A DNA stretch of 63,533 nt, the filler included, from Octopus bimaculoides (lineage: Eukaryota), in assembly GCF_001194135.2 (NCBI RefSeq). It is 10 parts of 8 records of this genome, joined end to end, with 100 filler letters (N's around TTAATTAATTAA, not from the genome) between each part and the next. Parts side by side here need not be neighbours in the genome. Positions count along the whole stretch, not along the records: positions 41,330 to 54,287 come from NC_068986.1; positions 54,388 to 62,235 come from NC_069000.1; positions 62,336 to 63,533 come from NW_026329716.1; 7 more parts are not named here. One strand, given 5' to 3'. Both the position numbers and the translations under genes were made by a program. How positions within the stretch are numbered: the first letter of the stretch is position 1; every line of letters begins with the position of its first letter. This document shows positions 49,491-62,674 of this stretch, piece after piece. Under the pieces are notes generated by a model. That model searched no databases. It worked only from the letters and a program-made list of their open reading frames with translations, and was not told the DNA's origin.

Positions 49491-50767
49491 TTGGGTCATC
49501 CCATAAATAATGCGGCTTATTTATACTTCTTTTAATTTTCAAAATTTAAATGAACAAAGTTCTTTTTTAATCTAAAATATACTCTCCTACATTTTCTGCA
49601 ATGCTCTTCGATCTATCTGGTAGACCCGCAATGCCCTTTTTTCCGAAATTCACTTGTCCGTGACGAAAAATACTCCTCCAGTACTGTTGTAACCTCGTCT
49701 ACAGCATTCATATTTTCTCCGTCCAAATGATTTTGAAAACTGCGAAATAAATGATAATCAGATGAGTCAATGTTCGGCGAAGATGGTTAGTGGAGCATTG
49801 TTTCCCATTCAAACTGATCCAGCCTTTGGAACATCATGCTCGCTGTATGTGGCCGAGCATTATCCTGATGGAAGAACATCTTTCGTATTGAAACCAAAGA
49901 TAGTCGTTTTCCTTCTAGCGCTGACTTAAGCTGCTCAAGCTGTTCACAGTAGATCTCCTTTGTGATCGTTTGGTTTGAGTTTAAAAGTTCAAAGTGGAAT
50001 AAACCATTCATATCCCACCATACAGATGACAACAACTTACGTGGTTGAAGACTTTCTTTAACCCGGAGTGCCTGTATTTCTCCTTTCCCTATCCACTGTC
50101 TTCAGAGTTTGACATTTTTATAGAAAATCTATTTCTTGCCACTGGTCTCTATTTGATCCAAAAATGGTTCACTCGGGCGTTATAATACCAAAGAATGGCA
50201 CGCATTCACTCTCTCCGCACGATTAGACTGGGAAAGTTTGTGAGGAATCCATTGATCCAATTTGCTGACTTTTCCGATGGCACGCAGAGGTCATAAAATC
50301 GTTGAATGATCGAATCCAAGCTTTCCTTAACAATTATGATGAGATTTTGTTCCACCAGATATTGCAGGACGTCCTCGTCGAGCTCTACAGATCTTCCAGG
50401 ACGTGGCTCACCTTTTAGACTGTAGTTTTTGGCTAGGAATTTCTGGAAATACCGTTGAAACTTGCTTCTGCTTATTGTCCGATTTCCATATACTGCATTA
50501 ATATTCCTTGCACTTTCCGTTGCGTTGTTGTCTTTATTGAAATAATAAAGCAAAATATGCCGAATATGCTCCTTTGTCATTTCAATTATAACTTTGAAAA
50601 AATAATTGTTAAAATCGAATTGCACTCTTGAAAACTTGCACTAAGAATGAGATTTTTGGGAAAAATTACTACCTGCTTTTATAGCAAGTTGATGCAGGTA
50701 GTTTATCCCGTCTCCGACTTTTAGTTCGTGCAATTGAAAACACTGCATTATTTATGGGATGACCCAA
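49491..50767 (-). mobile_element. Second full-length mariner element (different TIR), TA TSD on both sides
   Basis: 25-bp TIR TTGGGTCATCCCATAAATAATGC(G/A)G. ORF pieces MTKEHIRHILLYYF...GEPRPGR, MLSSVWWDMNG...FHQDNARPH. Confidence 0.95.
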
Positions 50768-50885
50768 TATATACACATATATGCAAATATTTATATACAC
50801 ATACACATACATACACACATGCATATAGATTTACATATACATCTACATATACATGCATACATATGTATATATAGATAGATATATA

Positions 50886-50919
<34 letters not shown>

Positions 50920-51209
50920 NNNNNNNNNNNNNNNNNNNNNNNNNNNNNNNNNNNNNNNNNNNNNNNNNNNNNNNNNNNNNNNNNNNNNNNNNNNNNNNNN
51001 NNNNNNNNNNNNNNNNNNNNNNNNNNNNNNNNNNNNNNNNNNNNNNNNNNNNNNNNNNNNNNNNNNNNNNNNNNNNNNNNNNNNNNNNNNNNNNNNNNNN
51101 NNNNNNNNNNNNNNNNNNNNNNNNNNNNNNNNNNNNNNNNNNNNNNNNNNNNNNNNNNNNNNNNNNNNNNNNNNNNNNNNNNNNNNNNNNNNNNNNNNNN
51201 NNNNNNNNN

Positions 51210-51242
<33 letters not shown>

Positions 51243-51689
51243 CAATTGAAAGCCTCTGATTTTCAGTACTGAGAGATACTCGTTCCGATCATCGATCAGT
51301 TGGTGACTGAGCCCGGTTTACTTTTGTCTCAATACTTTTTGCGAATTCTGGGCCATTGCAGTAATAGTTTGAACAAAAAGGACTGAACTGTCAACGTCTG
51401 TCACGCCGAACTCTACACTGCCTGACTATTGTTTTGAAATATGAAATGAAAGTTAGAAGAAAATGCTTATCCTGGTGTTCTTCCCTTTAAAATCCTTTGA
51501 GAGTGATACAGAAAAACAGCTGCTTTATGTTCACATTTTTTATTTCATTTCTGGTTATCGTCTTACACTATACGTTTTAAACTCCATGCAAGCGAAGTCA
51601 TGAAATTGAATTGATGTTTAAGCAATGTTCTAGAGGAATTCATTTAAATAATACTTATAATTAATGTTTTCAAAAATAATGAGTGTATA

Positions 51690-52089
51690 CAGTACCGTCA
51701 AATGTCTATTTTAAACTATAGTAAATTTCTACTAATTGCTAATTTATGAGCGTATGTCGCGCATTGCGTTTTCTACAGATGAAACATTGGCTCTGTTAGA
51801 GTTATTTCCATACCTAATCCTTATATTTTGTAGTTGGGGTTCTTCTCTTTAGATCTGTCCACATCTGCTCAATGATATTTAAATCAGGATTTCTGAACTG
51901 GCCAGTCCTGCAATACGATAACACCTTCATCAGTCAGACTCTATTGTATTGCACACGATCCGTGGCATGGAGCTCCGTCATACTGAAAAATTTCACCTTC
52001 ATCTGGTATCAAATTGAATAGTACCAAATACACTTGTTGTCAAGCGATGATGGTAGACAAACACTGACTCAAACACGCACACGCACACG

Positions 52090-52133
<44 letters not shown>

Positions 52134-52143
52134 NNNNNNNNNN

Positions 52144-52190
<47 letters not shown>

Positions 52191-52760
52191 CACACACACA
52201 CTCACGTTCTAGAGGAATACATTTAAATAATACTTATAATTAATGTTATCTAAAATAATGAGTGTATACAGTACCGACACTTTTATCCAACTTCTTGAAC
52301 CGTCACCTTTCATGTATCCCTAAAGGATCAGATTCTTACCCCCAAACTTCACTGTTTTAGTCATGTAGCGAGGGTCGTTTCGCTTTCCTGGAGTCCTGCT
52401 GGAAAACGAGTCTTCATTCTGACAAATGAGTTTTCATTCCTAAAGGTGGGCAGTTTCTTACTCCTTTCCAGAGGCTTCATCGCAGCAATGCATAGATCCA
52501 CATTCACAGTTGTCAGAGTCAACGACCATATCTCGGAACCGTTTCTAATTGTGTCTTCGGGCTCTTCTACACATGCTACCCCTCCAGCTCTTGCTGCTTC
52601 TTTAGCTCTCGCTACCTCATCAGCTCTTTCTATCTCATCAAGGGCTACAAATCAAAGCAACATTTCTTTTGAGGTGGATTGTGGGCAGGAGCAAAGATAC
52701 ATCTGGGTAATGCAGTGGGCGTGTCACTTAGCATCGAAAAAGATTCTGCCTCGTTAATCA
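51690..52760 (-). mobile_element. Rearranged Tc1-like transposase relic in two pieces
   Basis: 52280-52440: ESSFS..RPGKRNDPRYMTKTVKFGGKNL. 51740-52003: GEIFQYDGAPCH...VLQDWP...PDLNIIEQMW. TIR-like CAGTACCG after TA at 51688-51697. Confidence 0.7.
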
Positions 52761-53531
52761 TCATCATAAGTCACTTAAGAGACTGATCAATTTAAGTGTC
52801 TGGTTTGGGACAGTGATTTGAGGTTCCCTAAAATGGCTGCCCTTGTGGCAAAAAAAATTGAAACCATTATTATTACTACCAAGTAGCACAACCACTATCA
52901 CTACATCTACCAAAACTACAACCACATCCACAATCAGCACTACTACCACTATCAAAATTCTCTCACTAGCTTCACAATAACACCACCACCACCACCACCA
53001 CCACCACCACCAACGGTTATCAACACAACTGGCACTACTACTACTACTACTATCACAATAACCAAGGCAGAGATTTCATGAAACCTATTTGTCAATTACA
53101 TTCTAATCACATCGGAAGATCGAATGTTTTAAAAATCAAATTCAAGAGAGGCTTCATTCTTTTTTTTTTTGTTTGTCTCTTCTATTTTGTTTATATAGTT
53201 TGATTTGATTTGATTGAGTTTAATGTCTTAGCGGCTGACTACTCTGTTCCAGGTTTGAACCAACCACCCCACCACCATCCCCCGTTCCCACACATAAGCA
53301 CCGATTACACAATATTCGTCGCCACACAATCAACCACCCGACCAACAAACTAGCCAACCGACCAGCCAACCAACCAACCACAAACATCTATACCAACAAA
53401 GGTGGCACTCATATAAAATTACTTTACTTTTTCAACACTATCCCTCATATATATGTATGCATGGACACACACACATACACACACACATATATATTCATGT
53501 ATGTATGTATGTATGTATGTTGTATGTAGGT

Positions 53532-53578
<47 letters not shown>

Positions 53579-53602
53579 GTATATATGTATATGTGTGTGT
53601 AT

Positions 53603-53639
<37 letters not shown>

Positions 53640-53759
53640 CGGATGTACGTGTATGTTTGAATTTATATATTATATTTATGTGTACACATGTATACTTAAT
53701 GTATACACAAACATGAACACAGATATATGCCTGTATCTCTTTCTGTAATATAGGCATAT

Positions 53760-53801
<42 letters not shown>

Positions 53802-54088
53802 TCTGTTTCCATATATTTATATATGTATATTTATGTATTCCTGCATTATAATCATGCTTGTGTATGCGAATTTGTGCGTGCATGTGTGTGTGGAGAGAAT
53901 ATGTGCGTATGTGTGGGTGCTTAAAATTCCAAACAAGAAATGGCGATGATATTTTTCATTAATGTCAGTTCTGTTTTCTTTAAAATGCTGCTATTTTTTT
54001 CGCACCGCAAGGTAATATTCTACGATATATACGTGTGAGTCTGTATACGTGTGTGTGTAAATGTATGTGTGTGTGTGCATGTATTTAC

Positions 54089-54126
<38 letters not shown>

Positions 54127-54387
54127 GCGTGGCGTGCGTGTGTATGTGTGTGTGCATGTAAATCAGTATAAGCTTACATGATTACTTACATACCTACATA
54201 TATGCATAGTGTGTGTGCTCGTGTGTATATGCATGTATGTTTTTGTGTATGTGTGAGTTTTTATGTGTGTATACATATATATATATANNNNNNNNNNNNN
54301 NNNNNNNNNNNNNNNNNNNNNNNNNNNNNNNTTAATTAATTAANNNNNNNNNNNNNNNNNNNNNNNNNNNNNNNNNNNNNNNNNNNN

Positions 54388-54464
<77 letters not shown>

Positions 54465-54940
54465 AAATTCTTTTGTTTCTGACTTATTACGAACTTCCTA
54501 AAATTTCTAGTCAGTTATAATTATGTATAGCACTATTTTATTCTTTTCAGAAATCATCAGTATGATACAAATTGACATAAACATTTTATGGTGCAATACA
54601 TTTCCAATACATAGAAAATAAATAATTAGTCTGGAATAAATTCATAGAATTCGCTTTTCTGTTCTCCTTCTTCATAGAATATTAGTAGTTCAGAAATCGA
54701 GGCAGAAAAGACAGGAAGTACTTAGTGTCTACATACAGGATAGCTGTTTCCAGAAAGCTCTACCTTGTAAAGGTGTTTTATAGTAGCTGATAGTTTAGTT
54801 TTAACTGAGGGGATGAGCTGACAGAATTGTTAGCAGGCCGGGCAAAATGCTTAACAGCATTTCGTCCGTCGTTACGTTCTGAGTTTCAATCCCCCTGGAT
54901 CGACTTTACATTTCATCCTTCGGAGTCGATGAAATAAGTG

Positions 54941-55153
54941 TCGACTATCGCGGGTGTTGCGTTCCAAACCCCACGCGATTGGTGAAAATCTACGAAGTAG
55001 AAACAGTACTGTAATGTATATTTTTTACAATTATTTTTATAATTTGTATATATTTATTTTATTATAAATGCAAAACACCACCACAGAGGAATCGACGTAA
55101 GCTTAAATAATAAACCACGATAGTGTGAACCGCGATATGGTGAGGAATTACTG
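54941..55153. mobile_element. Tigger/pogo-type MITE, 5' TIR clipped by a SINE B
   Basis: TCGACTATCGCGGGTGTTGCGTTCCAAACCCCACGCGA ... GAACCGCGATATGGTGAGGAATTACTG-TA. Confidence 0.7.
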
Positions 55154-55179
55154 TATTCTTTGAGGTGAATATTCTTTGT

Positions 55180-55500
55180 GAGCGCCGGGCTCACAATCAT
55201 GAGATAGTGAATTCGATTTCCAGACCGGGCTGCGTGTTGTGTTCTTGAGCAAGACAATTTATTTCACGTTGCTCCAGTTCACTCAGCTGTAGCAATGAAT
55301 TGCGACGTCACTGGTGCCAAGCTGTATCGACCCCTTTGCTTTTCCTTTGGACAACATCGGTGGCGTGGAGAGGGGAGGCTGATATGCATGGGCGACTACT
55401 GGTCTTCCATAAACAACCTTGCCTGGACTTGTGTTTCGGAAAGTAACTTTCTAGGTGCAATCCCATGGTGCTTCATAAGCGAAGGGGGTCTTTACCATTA
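55180..55500 (+). mobile_element. SINE family D
   Basis: Homologous to 18040-18385. Confidence 0.75.
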
Positions 55501-55818
55501 TAGATATTGGTTTTTAAATGCTATTTCGTAGAATAATCTCTCATTCCGTAGTGTAAGGATACACTCTTTCGTAGACATAACACCTCGACGTTTGTCAATA
55601 GTTTCGTTGGATCATTTTCTAATTCACACAGCTTTTCAAACATGTGATATACCCTGGCGGACACTGACTACGAAGGAGATTTATTATAATTATTTATATT
55701 AAATGTATATTTTCCAGAAAAATTATTTATTTAAAATGTATATTTTCCAGAAAAATTATTTATTTAAAATTTTATTTATTTTTATATTTTACTTATCTAT
55801 TTTTTTTTTATTATACAG

Positions 55819-55914
55819 CTATGTGTTTTCCGAAATGTGAAAATAATGGGACCTGTATATCTCCTGAAAAATGTGCCTGTCCTGAGGGTTACTACGGCAA
55901 GCATTGTGAAAAAG
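55819..55914 (+). CDS. Internal exon encoding one EGF-like domain (non-Ca-binding, 6 Cys) of an unidentified EGF-repeat gene
   Basis: T-rich tract and TACAG acceptor; 96 nt, phase 1/1; GT donor. Peptide (x)MCFPKCENNGTCISPEKCACPEGYYGKHCEK. The spacing is seen in WIF1, VWDE, EGFL7 and fibrillin-type EGFs. Confidence 0.88.
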
Positions 55915-56352
55915 GTACATGCACGCCCAAACAGCCACCTATCCACCCATCCATCCATCCATACATACATACATACATACACTGTCTCTCTCTCTCACAC
56001 TGATAAATACATCTTTTTATTTTACTGCATTTCTTTTCTTTTACTGGAATCAGTCATTGGAATGTTGTCACACTGGCCGCAGTTAACTATTCGTCTCCAA
56101 TATTTGGAGAAAAACACTACTTAATCTATCGACAACGGAAAAATGAAAAAAATAATTTTCCTCGGTTATTCATGTGTGTGTGTGTGCCTATGTTTATGTG
56201 TAATTATGGGCAAAATTTTCCACACTGTACCTGCTACTAGAATACGTGGTTTAGGTATAAAAAAAAAAAAAACAGAAGATTAAATATAAAGAAAATCTCA
56301 GATTTTGTATTTGATTGAAGTAGACGGAAATTGTTTGCAAGCCAGTCGTGTA

Positions 56353-56404
<52 letters not shown>

Positions 56405-56405
<1 letters not shown>

Positions 56406-56696
56406 TATGCGCCCTTTCAAAGCCTAGCCAGACTCATGGGCCCGGTTTCCCGGTTTCTATGGCGTATGTGTTCCCCCCAGCTGGACCAGACGCCAGCCCA
56501 TCGCAGCGTTACTCAAGAAACAGTAAGAAAAAGTTGGGGCGAAAGAGTACAACAGGGGTCGCCCCGCCCCCCTCCGCGGAGCCTCGTGGAGCTTAGGTGC
56601 TTTCGCTCAATAAACACTCACAACGCCCGGTCTGGGAATCGAGACCGCGATCCCCCGACCGCGAGTCCGCTGCCCTAACCACTGGGCCATTGCGCC
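56405..56696 (-). mobile_element. tRNA-derived SINE (family C head, family E-type tail)
   Basis: Head GGCGCAATGGCCCAGTGGTTAGGGCAGCGGACTCGCGGTCGGGGGATCGCGGTCTCGATTCCC with A and B boxes. Confidence 0.8.
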
Positions 56697-56707
56697 TCCA
56701 CATGTAT

Positions 56708-56761
<54 letters not shown>

Positions 56762-56774
56762 GAATATATGTTTG

Positions 56775-56977
56775 TGTGTATGTGTTTGTCACCCCTCCAT
56801 CGCTTGACAACCGATGTTGGTGTGTTTGCATCCCCGTAATTTAACGGTTCGGCATAAGAAACCGATAGAATAAGTACTAAGCTTACTAAGAACTATTCCT
56901 GGGATCGATTTGTTCGATTAAAGGCGGTGCTCCAGGATGGCCGCAGTCAAATGACTGAAACGAGTAAAAGAGTAAAA
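56775..56977 (+). mobile_element. SINE family A, 3' half
   Basis: Homologous to 26296-26497. Confidence 0.8.
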
Positions 56978-56981
56978 AAGA

Positions 56982-57017
<36 letters not shown>

Positions 57018-57559
57018 TTACATACACATACATACATACACACGCTCACTCACAAGCACAAACACACACACACACGCACACTCGCGCATGCGTACCAAAT
57101 ACTTTCATTCCATTTATTTACTAAATTGTTCAATTATATTATATTTATGTTTATTATTTTACAATATTTTTTTTTCGTTTAATTATTTTTGTTTTTCAAT
57201 TTTTGAGTCCCTCACATCTTTGCATCCCTTTGCACCCGTGTACCCGATTATTATCATTGCATTTAATATAATTTACAGAATGTTTTCTTCTTTAAAACCT
57301 CCCCCTGGCCCGTACAGTTAATCTTGCTGTAACCTTTCTGGTTGTTGATCTGCATTGTGACTTAAGCTAACTTGTAAATGACCTGTACAAAAGAGATCTT
57401 GGTGTCTTGAGTTTGCCTCAGTGCTGCATGTTAAATATATATCTAAACACATCAACATAGCTTAATAATCCTGTTATGCCGGCTTACTTACTATAACTTC
57501 CACAATATTAACCACGGGTCGTCGGAATTGATAGCGCGACGAAGAGAATTACCAATGGC

Positions 57560-57725
57560 AGTATTTAGATGTAAAATCTTTGCGTTATGAGTTCAAGTCC
57601 ACCAAAGTGAACCTTGCCTTTCATCCTTCCTGGGTCGATAAGATAAAGTACCGGTCAAGTACTGAGGGGCGGGAATGTGGCGAAATAATCGTCCGTTCCC
57701 ACTCCCAAAAGTTTGGCCATATAGC
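57560..57725 (+). mobile_element. SINE family B, diverged
   Basis: GAGTTCAAGTCC...CTTGCCTTTCATCCTTCCTGGGTCGATAAGATAAAGTACC. Confidence 0.75.
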
Positions 57726-58344
57726 TATGTTTATCATCACCACCACTACCACCACCACTACCACCACCACCGTCGCCGCCGTCATCACCCCCATCGTCAT
57801 CATCATCGCCAGTAAGTATCTGTAGTAGTAGTAGTAGTAGTCGTAGTAGTCGTAGTAGTCGTAGTGATGTTTGTCGTTGGCGTTTTTGCCCACCTGTTGA
57901 AGTTTGATCGAGCAGACTTATGACCAAGCGTATTTCGACAGCGACCCATCTTCTTCAAGGTATCTAAGGTCCACTAGATAGATGATCGAATGCAGCATTT
58001 TCCAACCGAAATTTCCAGCAAACTTCGGCTTTCACGAGATGCCGCTCGAGTTTCTGCAAGAAATTGTGTTAATACGATAATTATATCAAAATAAATTGTA
58101 GTTATATCGTAATATTTTCATTCGTAATTTTCTTATAAATGCATAACATTTTCCCTAAGGGAGAGAAATCCTAGTATCTATAGGTAGTAAAGACCCCCCC
58201 CNNNNNNNNNNAAAAAAAATGACCTCATAGCTGGGAGTTGCAGGGTAATTTGATCTAGGCAAGGTTTTGGTTCAGACGAAATTTCTTGAACGTTCTTTGA
58301 GGAGTGAATGACAAAACTAATAAATCTATATCTTTTATCAGTCA

Positions 58345-58722
58345 TTTTTTACTTGTTGAAGTCATTGGACTGCGGTCATGCTGGGGCACCGCCTTAAAGG
58401 GTTTTAATCAAACAAATCGACTGCAGTACTTAGGTTTTTTTTAAAGTCTGATATTTATTCTATCCATCTTTTTTCCGGACCGCTAGATTATAGAGACGTA
58501 AGCAAACCAATGCTCCTTGTCAAGCGATGGCGGGGTTACAAACACAGACACAAAGTCACACACACACACATATTCGACGGGCTTCCACCCAGTTTCCGTC
58601 TTCAAGACTCACTCACAAGGCATTGGTCGACTCGGGCTATCGCAGAAGATACTAGCCTAAGGTGTCTTGCAAGTAGGTCTGAATCCAAAACCACAGGCTG
58701 CAAAACAAGTATCTTAACCGCT
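58345..58722 (-). mobile_element. SINE family A, near full length
   Basis: Homologous to 48659-49078. Confidence 0.8.
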
Positions 58723-59207
58723 TAAGCGAGCCTGAGCCAATATAATAATCTTGATGTCGAGGTTCCAAGAGACATGAGACGTATATCAGCGGTTTCGTAG
58801 GATCAAAATACAATGGAAAACGCTAATCGAACGTGTCTTTCTCATACCAAAGTCGGTAGGGTGTAATTTGAGAGGTATTAAGTTATATTTTCTAGCAGGT
58901 CAAGTGACCAGATTAAGGCTCTCTTGTTGAGTAAAATTTACTTTTGATTGACTGGCAGCAGTAAATTTGTAACGGTGTATACTTGTAGAAGTCATCAATA
59001 GCATTCGTCAGTGTAGAAACGAGTGTTATAAGCGCTGGGTATTGCGTACCTAGTTACGTTCCTTTAAGGTCGTACTTGGAGTTCCCTTTAGAGCCAGTCT
59101 TGCGATTCGCTTCCTCAAAAATGCACGAAGCAGTTTGCTTCGTTATTCCTTCTAATGAGATCCGTTTTTAGAGAGAGTAAGTGGTACATAGGGAAAGATA
59201 GATAGAT

Positions 59208-59259
<52 letters not shown>

Positions 59260-59434
59260 AGAGAGATACAAAGAGATTAATGGATAAATAGAGCGAGAAA
59301 GAAAGCGTATGTGAGAGCAGGCGTGTGTGTTGCCAGGAACATGGGTTGCAGGTAGTTAGTGGACTCCAGCCATTATGTTACCGCTTCGCATCTCATCAAA
59401 GCCGTCAAGTTTGGCGCTAATTTTCTCTTTAATG

Positions 59435-59610
59435 TATACGCTGCTAACCGATTACATAAATCAAGTGCCGATACTTGACTGGTACTTAATTTCATCAACC
59501 CCAGAAGCAAGGATAACAAAGTTGACCTCGGTGAGATTTGAACTCAGAACACGAAGAAAGGGGACAAATGCCACAAGGGATTTTGTTCGACGCATTTAAA
59601 ATCCTGCTAA
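59435..59610 (-). mobile_element. SINE family B, diverged
   Basis: ACTGGTACTTAATTTCATCAACCCC...GACCTCGGTGAGATTTGAACTCAGAAC. Confidence 0.75.
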
Positions 59611-60104
59611 TCAACCGTCCTTAAGCAGATGAGTACTAATCATTATCATTATTAGTGTTGTTGTTATTGTTGTTGTTGTTGTTGTTGTTGTTGTTATTGT
59701 GAGCCCCCTCCTCTCCTCACGGTACAGCCGAATAACGAGACACATATGATCAATGACATTCCAACCATGACATTCCACTGCAATATCAGACTAACCCGTG
59801 GCGAAGGTGAAGCAAGTCTCTAATTCATCACTTGCTTCTAGAAACCAATTTTAAATTACTGGTATTGAAAACCTACAACGGACTGCTGTCTCTTTCAGGG
59901 GGTACTGTTGTGATCTCACTCACTTATACGCCATAAAAACCGGGTACCTGGCTCTATGAATCCTAGGGCTCGACATAAACAAAAAAGGACGACATTGTAC
60001 AATGTACCCATCTCTTTTCAAGACGATAAGGTGTGATGTGAGGAAATTTTTCTGTATTTCAAATTGGTTGTATAACATCATAGAGACCTCTTTCTCCACT
60101 CAGT

Positions 60105-60180
<76 letters not shown>

Positions 60181-60235
60181 AAATGCAAAGCAAAAGTCAA
60201 ACATAAAATGATAATAATAATAATAATAATAATAA

Positions 60236-60615
60236 TAATTCTTTCTTCTAAAGGCACAACGCCTGAAAGTTTTGGGAAGAGGCCTAATAAGTTACATAGA
60301 CTCCAGTACTCAACTGGTACTTATTTTATCGACCCCAAAAGGATGAAAGGCAAAGTCGACCTCAGCGGAATTTGAACTCAGAACGTAAAGACGGACGAAG
60401 TACTGTTAAGAATTTTGCCCAGCATTCTAAAGAAACTGTCAACTGGAGTAGAAGGGCAGAATTACAAGTGAACTGGAAGATCATCTTTTGGTCTCTAGCT
60501 ACGTCGTCATTTTACTTTCTGGGTTCAAATGCTGCTGACTTTGCTTTCATCCTTCAGGGATCAATAAAATAATAATCTATTCTAACTTTTCCCCCCAAAT
60601 CCGGGCTTTGGTTGT
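60236..60615. mobile_element. Head-to-head pair of SINE family B copies (- at 60236-60430, + at ~60495-60615)
   Basis: GGATGAAAGGCAAAGTCGACCTCAGCGGAATTTGAACTCAGAA versus TTCTGGGTTCAAATGCTGCTGACTTTGCTTTCATCC. Confidence 0.75.
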
Positions 60616-60709
60616 GAATAGTAGTAGTATCCGCAGTAGCATCAGCAGTAGCAACAGCACCAGTGGTGGTAGTAACAGTAGTAGAAGTAGTATTATCAGC
60701 AACAGTAGC

Positions 60710-60771
<62 letters not shown>

Positions 60772-61410
60772 AAGTAGTAGTAGTAGAACAACATAAGCAA
60801 CAACGGCAACAACAACAACCACAACAGTAACAGCAAGAACAGAAGCAGCAGTAGGAGTAACAGCGACCGATAGAAAAGAGCAGCAGGATTGAGGCTCAAA
60901 CTAATCTAAAACACACGACAGAATTTCACGTCAGCCATCTTTGATCTAAGATCATAGTTCGTTCGCTTTAACATTCACCTCATTCGTTCACTACGCAGTC
61001 AAAACTACAGTTAAGTCAATAATCGAACAATTAGGAGGAATAAACAAGTAAACCAAACTGAAATTACAACCGTAAAACAAGGCAACTTCCGCTTTATTTA
61101 GCATAGCAGGAAAGATTCAACAGATCCTGTTTGTAAAGTCAAAGAATTTCGCCAATATTGGTCTTGTTCTTGCTGTTACTGTCGTTATTGTATATTTTGT
61201 CGCTGCACTTCATCTGAATAAAGTGATTCAAATTACATGACTTCGTTATTCGGTATGCTTTGCTACATTGTACATACAAATTATACATATACGCGAATAT
61301 AGGTATATACATTTGTATGCCTATAGGCATATAACGTATGCCTATACATTATATGTACACACACACATATAAATATATGTATGTATGTATATGTATATGT
61401 ATGTATATAT

Positions 61411-61462
<52 letters not shown>

Positions 61463-61899
61463 NNNNNNNNNNNNNNNNNNNNNNNNNNNNNNNNNNNNNN
61501 NNNNNNNNNNNNNNNNNNNNNNNNNNNNNNNNNNNNNNNNNNNNNNNNNNNNNNNNNNNNNNNNNNNNNNNNNNNNNNNNNNNNNNNNNNNNNNNNNNNN
61601 NNNNNNNNNNNNNNNNNNNNNNNNNNNNNNNNNNNNNNNNNNNNNNNNNNNNNNNNNNNNNNNNNNNNNNNNNNNNNNNNNNNNNNNNNNNNNNNNNNNN
61701 NNNNNNNNNNNNNNNNNNNNNNNNNNNNNNNNNNNNNNNNNNNNNNNNNNNNNNNNNNNNNNNNNNNNNNNNNNNNNNNNNNNNNNNNNNNNNNNNNNNN
61801 NNNNNNNNNNNNNNNNNNNNNNNNNNNNNNNNNNNNNNNNNNNNNNNNNNNNNNNNNNNNNNNNNNNNNNNNNNNNNNNNNNNNNNNNNNNNNNNNNNN

Positions 61900-61934
<35 letters not shown>

Positions 61935-62674
61935 GTATGTATGTATATATGTATGTATATATGTATGTATGTATATATATATATGTATGTATGCATATGT
62001 ATTATATGTATGTATATCATCATCATCCTCATCATCGTTTAACGTCCGCTTTCCATGCTAGCATGGGTTGGACATTTACATATACATATATTTACATAGA
62101 AACACACAAACCTATACACGCATGTCTAAGTATATATATATATGTGCGTATGTATATGTGTATGCATGTATGTATGTATGCATGTATGTATGTATATACG
62201 TAAAAGACGAAAATTAACAAAAAAAAAAAAACATANNNNNNNNNNNNNNNNNNNNNNNNNNNNNNNNNNNNNNNNNNNNTTAATTAATTAANNNNNNNNN
62301 NNNNNNNNNNNNNNNNNNNNNNNNNNNNNNNNNNNTATATATAGCTTACATTGATATATTCATATGTTATATATTTTAATTAAACACTTCAATTAATTTC
62401 TAAATTATTCAAAAAATTAGTAATTTTTTGTGGGGTGTTTGAGTCTTTATCAAATACAATTTTAAGTTAGGGAATTTAAAATCACGTCATATAACTATTG
62501 TTCATCCGACGTCGTTACATCCGATGCAGTTTTCTTCCAAACACTCAGAGAAATGAAAAGCACAAAGTTACCAAGTCACTTCGGGAAGAATGAAAGTCTG
62601 CGGCGCGATTCATATCATTAAGTGGAGCATCGAAAAAGATCTTATTATTACATCAACTGGTTGCAAGTATTCTT

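Noticed and set aside
56620-56696. Functional tRNA gene
   Set aside because: A and B boxes are present, but the acceptor stem and anticodon arm are imperfect and the sequence continues into a repeated SINE body.
2088-62291. Recurrent TTAATTAATTAA 12-mer (9 copies) resembling a regularly spaced motif or repeat array
   Set aside because: It is always centred in N runs forming a 100-bp block, so it is an assembly linker with stops in six frames.
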